This document shows, one piece after another, positions 53,223 to 61,900 of a DNA stretch of 64,000 nucleotides. Numbering within the stretch: position 1 is the stretch's first letter; each line of letters begins with the position of its first letter. The notes under the pieces are model-generated. The model was not told the origin of the DNA and did no database searches. It saw only the letters and a program-made list of their open reading frames with translations. The translations under genes and the position numbers were made by a program. This stretch comes from Flectonema sp. DT1601 (taxonomy: Eukaryota). The DNA lies in contig OZ025802.1 of assembly GCA_964019425.1 (NCBI GenBank), positions 372,001 to 436,000 on the forward strand, given 5' to 3'.

Positions 53223-53870
53223 TTTTTTCCCTCCCTCGCCCCATCCCCGTCAGCGAGTAGGAAAGCGCAGCTAGGAATTTTTCCACGCAAGCGGATCCCA
53301 CAACCCGACCACCCTTCCCCACGCTCACCCCATCCACCCTCCCCCACCCCAACAAAAGAAGAAAACGGCGGCAGCCACGTGACACACTCGTGTTCGTGTA
53401 GCGAAGCGTTTCGGCGACTTCGAAGACGACGACGACGACGACGTAGAAGAGACGGTGTATGTGACTGACCTTCTTCTTCCTTATTTATTTGTTTACTTTT
53501 GTTAATTACTTCCTCTTAATTTCATTCCTCTCTTAGATTGTTGTTTATTTGCTTATTTATTTGTTTGTTTATTTGTCTGTTTATCTGTCTGTATATTCTG
53601 TTACTATCTGTTATTTTGTTACATTTATCTGTCTACATTAGAGTACATTTTTGTTATTGTTAAATTAAAACATCTTCTTCACAGTTTTTTCCCTCCCTCG
53701 CCCCATCCCCGTCAGCGAGTAGGAAAGCGCAGCTAGGAATTTTTCCACGCAAGCGGATCCCACAACCCGACCACCCTTCCCCACGCTCACCCCATCCACC
53801 CTCCCCCACCCCAACAAAAGAAGAAAACGGCGGCAGCCACGTGACACACTCGTGTTCGTGTAGCGAAGCG
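53223..53870 (+). repeat. 186-bp direct repeat X in copy B (53223-53408 and 53685-53870)
   Basis: Same arrangement as in copy A; second unit preceded by CTTCACAG. Confidence 0.92.
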
Positions 53871-53932
53871 CTTAGCGCTTTAAAGTCTTTTAAGTCGCAG
53901 AAGTCGCCCCCGTCGCCCCCCGACCCCCACAG

Positions 53933-53986
53933 GGTATTGAACCCAGGTGGACCAGAAGACAGACGGTGACAAAAACCACTGCACCA
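53933..53986 (-). promoter_or_regulatory. Antisense Pol III A box (TGGTGCAGTGG) and B box (GGTTCAATACC) in copy B
   Basis: Homologous to 42694-42747; the one substitution still fits the A-box consensus. Confidence 0.6.
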
Positions 53987-54009
53987 AAGTATATTGTTGA
54001 AAAAAAAAA

Positions 54010-54740
54010 TTTTTTTTTTTTTTTTTGGTTACACTCGTCTGTGCTTCCAGACTCTTTGTTTTTGTTCTTTTCACTTCTTTGTTTTGTCTTTCTTTTATAC
54101 TTTCTTTTGGTTTAAGTCTGACAAATTGGAAAACACGGGAAACATAGGTAGGCTCCGCCTGAGGACGTAAGAAGAGCGGCAACGGGAAAAAATAAATGGT
54201 CACGCGTCCTTGAAATTGGACACACGAAGCTAATTCGGTTACCATTCCTACCATCGATAAGGAAAAACAAAGAATCGAGCATATAACTAGAGCGGTGGTC
54301 AAAGACCACTTGAACAGCCCGAAGGCCTGCCCTCAAGAGAAATTTATAAGGAGAATAGGAGAAAAAGGAGACAGGAGTGTTGGAAGAGACACTGCGACAA
54401 CACCGAAGGTGATGTGCAGTTACCCAACCAGGAGATGATTGATAATGATGAAAATACTAAATATTGATAAAACACTTAAATGGCGACTACGTGTCACCTA
54501 CACAATTCCAAAGTCTCAGGTTGGATGCTTGTTCCATCCACCTGATCAACATCGCTACTGAAGGAAGCCAGCTGGTGGCAAAGATTGAGCCAAGACTGGC
54601 AGGAATGCCGTTGATGAGGATTAGATCACTTGATCGGTCCCATTTGCCTGTCAATGTAGAAAAGCCAAGGATTTCATATCTGGCTGCATCGAGTTTCTGT
54701 GATGGACAGCCTACGAGTAGGTGGAGTTGGTTGGATGGAG
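54010..54740 (-). mobile_element. Nested, inverted, 5'-truncated copy of the LINE at 37544-39768
   Basis: Reverse complement of ~39039-39768 with a poly(A) tail (T-run 54010-54026); absent from copy A; flanked by duplicated AAAAAATTTTT. Confidence 0.92.
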
Positions 54741-55694
54741 AAAAAATTTTTATTGTTTATTATATATATTAATTGGTCATATTTATTTAGAAGAATTTGG
54801 TATTACTTGTCGTTGTTTATTTAGAAAATACTAAGGAAGAAAGAGGAAGAAAAAAAAAAAAAAAAAAAAAAAAAAAAGAAATTAGATTTTGCATAGGCAT
54901 ACTTGCAGAGGAGGAGATAAACGCGGGTCCTTCAGTAAGCTCTAGTACATCGGCGGGGTAGGAAAAAAAAAAAAAAAAAAAAAAAAAAGCTCATCTATCT
55001 TCGGTCTACGAACGCTTTGAGTCGGCCAGCAGTCACAAACGGACATTGAAGGCGCGGATAATTGTTGTTGCTGTGGAAACCTTGCTCTGCTGAAGAAGGA
55101 GTTGAAATTTTCCCCACCTGCATTCTGATTCGAGTTGTCTTCGAGAGTACTTTGCTTTGGTCAAAAAAAAGTTACTTATTCATCCAGCACATACGTCCTT
55201 CTCAGCTTTTCTGGAGACTGGACCGCTGGTGAACGCGCAAACAGAACAAATTTTTTCTTTTGTTCTTCATTAAAACTACACTGAGACACGGTCTTCCGCA
55301 ATACATCGCACGAACAGAACATATCCTTTCTTGTTCTCGTTTAAACACCGCTTTAAGACAGCGAAAAGAGCATATCCTTTTTTTTGTTCTTGTTTAAACT
55401 CTGCTTTGATACACGGTCTTCCGCTAGTCAGCGCGCGAGAAGAACATATCTTTTCTTGTTCTCGTTTAAACTTTGCTTTTAAGACCTGCAAACAGAGCAT
55501 ATCTTTTTTTTGTTCCTGTTAAAACTCTTTTTTAAGACAAAGCGTTACGAATCAGCCTGCGGGAGAGGAGAAGGAAGAACTCTCTCACTAGCTTTGTTTG
55601 GTGCCCGTGGTGGTGACTACCATTCTGCGTCGGAACTGTACGGGGGTGACCGCATAGACAGAAGAGTTCGGAAAGCGGAGGATACGCGAGCCAG

Positions 55695-55754
<60 letters not shown>

Positions 55755-55875
55755 ACTCCACACACACGTACAGGGCTAACAAGGAGAAGAGCAGGTAAGT
55801 CGATTGTCTTTTTTCGGGTTCCATACACAAATCATCCACAGCGAAGAGAACGGAAAAGGAAGAGTAGCAAAAAAA

Positions 55876-55907
<32 letters not shown>

Positions 55908-55923
55908 AAAAAAAAAAGAGAGA

Positions 55924-58900
55924 ATGGAGAAAACAATGTTACTGTGTGGGTACGTGCTGCTGTGGGCACTACTAAGTGGAACGAGGGCGCAACAGACGTC
56001 CGGAGTGGGTAAGCAGAGGTTAGCCCCAGTGCCAGGCGGATGGCACACCCCTCTTTTCACAACGCTGGACAAAGGCCCACTGTTTTCATCGCGCATCAGC
56101 CGACGCGTAACACGCCCGATCCCCCCGCACCCATTTATAACCCCCAACAGCTCAAACAGCCCCAACAATACGGCAAGCGGACGCGCTTTCCAACATGGAC
56201 GAGAGGGGGTGTGGGTCCCGCGGAGGGGAACGGAAACGGCCGGGAACCGGGTGAGGCGAGACCACCCAAAGCCACCTCCAGACAAGGGAGGAAGGGAGCT
56301 CCTGAAGAGGGCGTCCCCGAAAGTGGCGTCCAAGGCGGCAAGGCGGCTGGAAAGGAGGAGGAGGAAGCTGCTGAAGGAACGGCAGGAGAGGTGGGAGCGG
56401 TGGGCGGGAGAGTTGGAGAAGTTCCACGCCAGGCGAGAGAGGTTCCGCGCGGAGACAGAGAGGCCAAGGAAGAACAAGGCGGAGACACCGAAGAAGCGAC
56501 GGGCAGGGCCCGAAAGGGACTGGACAAAGCCAGGAGGGTACAAGGCGGAGCCCAGACCATGGTATGCGAGGCCGTCAGACCTGGCAGGAGGAGGGCAAAG
56601 CAAGGAGAGGACGAAGTGCCCGGTGGTGGGGTGCAGCGTCTGGGTGAGGGGTGACCTAGAGTACCACTTCAAACAACACCTGAAGGGAGTGGTACCGGGG
56701 GAGGTAACGGCCCAGATGGCATCCGACAGACTCGGAAAGCAGATCTGCAAGGCCTGCGGGGAGCTGAGTACCGGATTGGTGCACCAGACAGTGAGGTGTC
56801 GGGAGATGTTGGACCTCAAGGGACGGCTGGGGGTAGCGACGGGACCCACGCCGGAACTGGCAAGCCTGAAGTGCGAGGGAGCAAAAGTATTCCGGGTGAT
56901 TGGGGATGGGAATTGCCTGTTCAGGAGTGTGTGCCAACTCCTAGAGACGCCAGAGGGGTGGAAGGGCAGACATGGAGAGCTCCGCAGGAGAACGGCAGGA
57001 TACCTGACCAAGAACAGGGAAAGGTTCGAGGTCTTCTTCCAGGACGCGGACGCATTCGGAGTATATGCGAGGGCGTTGGAAGAGGATGGATGCTGGGGCG
57101 ATGCATTGGCCCTACAGGTCATGGCAGAGGACCTACAGTGCCGCTTCGTCGTCGTGGTGAGGACGGAAACGCTGGTGGTGGAAGGGCCATCGGACCCGAA
57201 GCGGACGCTGGTCTTGACCCTGCAAAACGGGTGCCACTACGACCCAGTGGAGGCATCCGAGGACTGCGTCGCGCGGCTGCTACAGAGCGCCCGGAGGTTG
57301 GAGTTAGTGTCGCCAGGCCCGCTGTCGCAAGCAGCAGGAGGCGAGCCGGCAGTGCTGCAGACAGCCTCCCGACAGGCCCAGCTGCACGAGTGCCCCCAAG
57401 CGGAGTGCCCGAAACACAAGGGAGGCTTCGAGGAGTGGGCGGAGCTCCTAAGACACGTGGACGAGCACGCATTCAGTGGCAACCCGCTGACGCATGGACA
57501 GTTGGCGAGGCTAGGCCTCCGGGAATGTCCGGTGTGCTGTGGGATCATCGGGCAGGACCAGCCGATGCATCCGGGGTGCAGTGAGAAACTGCAGAAGGTC
57601 CAACTGGGGGACGTGTACACGGCGTTCCGGAAGCGGGTGCTGGAGAGCCAGAGCTTCCCCTCTTTGGAGGAAATAGCCAGCAGGAGGAGGCCGATAGCGA
57701 AGAAGCTGCCGGTGTCCCTGTTGCATCATCTGGGGCGAGCACTCAAGCTGTCGCTCGACCTAGTCGTGGAGCGGAACGATGAGTGGGCATGGAAGCTGCT
57801 CTTGATGCTCCCGACATGTACACTGCGGAGGATACGGAGGGGGGGTAGGAGGTTGTCGACCAGCGATCTGACAGGGGCGGTCGACGACCTGCAAGCATGG
57901 ATTCGGGGGGAATTTGAGGGACTGTGGAAAGCGGCGGCCCCCCGCAAGGCGACGGGAAGGCCAGCAGTGAAAGAGGCGGGGCAAAAAGGAAGGAACGACA
58001 GGGCCACGTCGCTAGCGAGGGAGGGTTGCCTGTCACAGGCGATCTCGGCCCTAGACGCGCCGCCGCCAGCAGAACGAACCGAGAAGGTGCTGGAGCAGAT
58101 GCGCACCCTACACCCGAGGGCGAGCGGACCCCCATCGGCCACGGCAGGGCAGGAGGTGCAGATAGCAGAGGTGGAGCTGCTAGCATGCCTACGCTCCTTC
58201 CACAGGGGGTCGAGTGGAGGGCCTTCGGGCCTCGCGCCGCAACACCTGAAGGACGTGGTGGAGCGGGGTGAGGTGCCGGGGCTGGTAGCCTCGATCACGG
58301 AGGTGGTGAGGATTCTGGCGAACGGGAGGGCGCCGCGGGAAGTAGCGCCGCTGCTGGCGGGGGCGAACCTGACGGCGCTGGAGAAAGAAGGGAAGCCGGG
58401 GGAGCACCGGCCAGTCGCGGTGGGGGAAACATGGAGGCGGCTGGTGGCGAAGATCCTGTGCGGGGCATACAGGTCCCAGGCGAGGAGCTCGTTGCTAGAA
58501 GTGAGACAACTGGGAGTAGCGGTGTCGGGGGGAGTGGAGGCGGCGGTGCACACCCTGCATGAGTTCCGCGCGGAGCACGCGCTCTCGTCACAGAAAGTGT
58601 TCGTGAAGATAGACTTCTCGAACGCCTTCAACTGCGTGAAGAGGGGGGCGTTCCTGGATTCGACGAGGGATACCCTGCTGGAGAGCTGGGTCAGCTGGTG
58701 TTACGGAGCGCCGACGTGGTTGCTATTTGGGGACGAGAGGCTGAGCTCGGAGGAGGGTGCTCAGCAGGGGGATCCGTTGGGTCCCTTGCTGTTCTCGTTG
58801 GCAATCAAGCCGGCGCTGCAGAAGGTGTTAGAGGCGAAGCCGGAGTTGGCGTGCTTCTACCTGGACGATGGGCTGGTGGCGGGCACCCTGGAACAGGTGG

Positions 58901-61900
58901 ACAAGGCCCTCCAAATCCTGCAGAAGGAGACGGCGGAGCTGGGGCTGACGCTGAGGCCGGACAAGTGCCAGACGCACGTGCTCGACTCAGCCCAGAACAC
59001 CCTGCCCTTGGGGTGGGGGTTGGAGGGGATGAGACCCCCACTGTACAACGGGGACTTCCTGGGGGCACCGTTCGGGACGGAGGAACACTGCCAGGAGTTC
59101 GTCGACAGGAAGGTGGCGCAGCTGGAGAAGAAAGCGGAGCTGCTAGCTGACCTGCAGGACCGGCAGGTGGCCATGGTGCTCCTAAGGCAATGCATGGGCT
59201 TCTGCAAGGTGACCCACCTGATGCGATGCTGCACGCATGGGAAAATGGACACCTCGATGCGGAAGGTGGACGAGCTGATGAGGTCCACGGCGAGCCGAGT
59301 GTTGGGCCTGACACTGGAGGGGCCAAAGTGGATGCAAGCACAACTGCCGACCCGGATGGGGGGATTGGGGCTGCGGTCATGTGCAGAGCACAGGGGAGCA
59401 GCACTACTGGGATCCCTGGAGTTAGTCCAAGGGGTGAGCAAGTCACTATGGGAGGGGTTCAAGGGTGTGCTGATGCCAGCGCTGAAGAAGGGGTTGAACC
59501 TCGCCCTCCCGGAGGAGCTAAGGATAGAAGAAGACGGGCCCGGGCCGAACCCCCAGAGACTGTCCTCGGCGAAACTGGACCAGGTCAAGAGAGACTGCCT
59601 GCTGGCGGGGGCGGATGACCCGCGCGATAAAGGGAGGCTGCTCTCTCTGCGCATGGATAAGGCGAGCGCATGGCTGCAACAAGCAGATGAAGAGTGCGCG
59701 ATGGACCCAGAGACGTTCAGGATCGCATGTGGGATGCGATTGGGCGCAGCGCTGTTCGCAGAAGGGGCAGTATGCAGGATATGCTCAGGCCCGCAGGATA
59801 GGCAGGGATACCATGCCTCGATCTGCATCAAGAACGGGCACGTGCACCAGCGACACGAGAGGGTGAAGGAGGAGTTCATCTCCATCTTTAAGCAGGCGGG
59901 ATTGCCGCTGCTGAGAGAACCCAGCCACCTACTGGGACCCAACAAGCAGAGACCGGGGGACTGGTACTGCCAAGAGGGGCTGAGGGAGGGGAGAGGCAGA
60001 GCCTTCGACATCACGGTGGTAAACCCGGGGAAAATTAAAGTATATAAAACCCCGGGGCAAGCCGCGAGAGAAGCAGAGTCCCTGAAAGGGAACAAGTACG
60101 CGGAGCAGTGCACGAAACACGGGATTAATTTCTCGACAATCGCGCTGGAAGCGTACGGAGGGATGGGACGGGAAGCAGTGGGGACCCTGAAGAAGTTGGT
60201 GCAGATCTGCGCAACGAACTCGACGGTGCCACACCGGGAGATCGCGGGGGAGATGGCGAGGAGGATCTCGACATCGGTGGTAGTGGCGACGGCGGAAGCA
60301 CTGAGAGCGAGGGAGGCGTCGGTGGCGATGGACTCGGTGAACCCATTGCCAAGGACGAAACCGCCGCCCGAGATGACGGAGAAGCCGACACCACAAGAGA
60401 GAGAACCAAGACCGAGAGCGGAAACGGAAGAGATCCAGCAGCCGGAAGCAATGTTGCAGTCGGCAGGACCGAACCCGACGATGAGTGGTTTGCCGAACAT
60501 CGGGAACTCCTGCTACCTCAACGCGTCCGTACAGTGCCTGCTGAAGGGCACGGCACTGACACAAGTGCTGACGGGGAAGGAGGAAGTGGGGATGTCGGGC
60601 CTCCTGAGTGGAGTGGTCAAAGGGAGTGGGGAGTGCCTGGAGAAGCTGTCCAAGATGTTCGACCCGCTACAAGACAGGCGGCAGGGGGAGGTAGTAGGAA
60701 CCCTGACGTCCATAGTAGACGCCCTGTTGGAGGAGAAGAAAGAGGAGTGCGAACCGTTGTTCTCGGCAGTACAGCTGAAACAGCTGGTCTGCACGGGATG
60801 TGCGGACGCCTCCGGATCGACGGATGAGTTGACGCTGATCCCACTGTGTGGCCGTACACCACAAGTGAGGCTTCAGCCGACGAAGGAGAGAGTCGAGCGG
60901 TCCTGCGAGAAGCTGTGCGGCAGCAATGAGGCCACGTTGGAAGAGAGTTTCGCCTCGCTCCCAAGCTCCTTGATCTTCCAGAGAGACAAGCAGGACACGC
61001 AAGGGTCCTTGGGATGGGAAGAGCGCTTCCAGGTGCAGGTCGGGGAGAGGGTGATGACGTACCAGCAAACGGGAGCGATCGCACACCTCGGGAGTGACAA
61101 CGCGGGGCACTACGTGTCATACACGTGGGACGGAGTAGGCTGGCAGAAGCAAGACGACAAGGCAATAAGCCAAGTGTCGACAGAGGAGATCCACGGTACG
61201 AAACCAGTAGTAGTGGTCTACTCGAGGGTAGAGGGATCGACCCAAGAGGACGTCGGGGTGCCGGTGAGATGGATTCCGGTGGCGAACAAGGACCGGATGG
61301 AGGTACGCGAGGCACCGCCGTCGGAGGAGGACACCGCGGGGTACACGTCCAGGGAAGAGGCGGAGTGTGTCCTCCGGACGCGAGTAGTAGGGGGGCAGAC
61401 GCAGCGCAAGCTGCTCCTACTGGTATCGAGCGTCTGGAACGCGGAGATGGAGAAGCTGGGGGCGGCGGCATGCCTGATACACATGGGAACGCTCGACAGG
61501 AGGTTCACGTGGTCGGGCTGCCTACCGACATGGGACGAAGCGACGGCGGAGTACGTGGCAGCGCTGCTAGGGCTCAACGCGATCAGGGAGAGATCGCAAC
61601 TGCTGGGGGGTGAGACACAGATCGAGGTGGTCACACCGCAGCAGGGGTGGGGAGTCGAGCAGCAGGAGGCGCTGAAGTTGGTAGCGCTCCCGTCGGTGAT
61701 AGAACACCAGGTGACGGAAAGCCCCCGAGGGGTGGAGAACCTGGCCCTCTGGGAAGCGGAGTCGGCGGCGTGGGACGAGCCGGTGGAGCTCTCGGAGGAC
61801 GGGCTCGACTACCTGGTGATCGAGCTGGAGATGAATCTGGGGCTGTCCCATTTGAGGGGAAAGACGGCGGAACCGGTTGAATCCCAGTCGCTCCCGGGAG

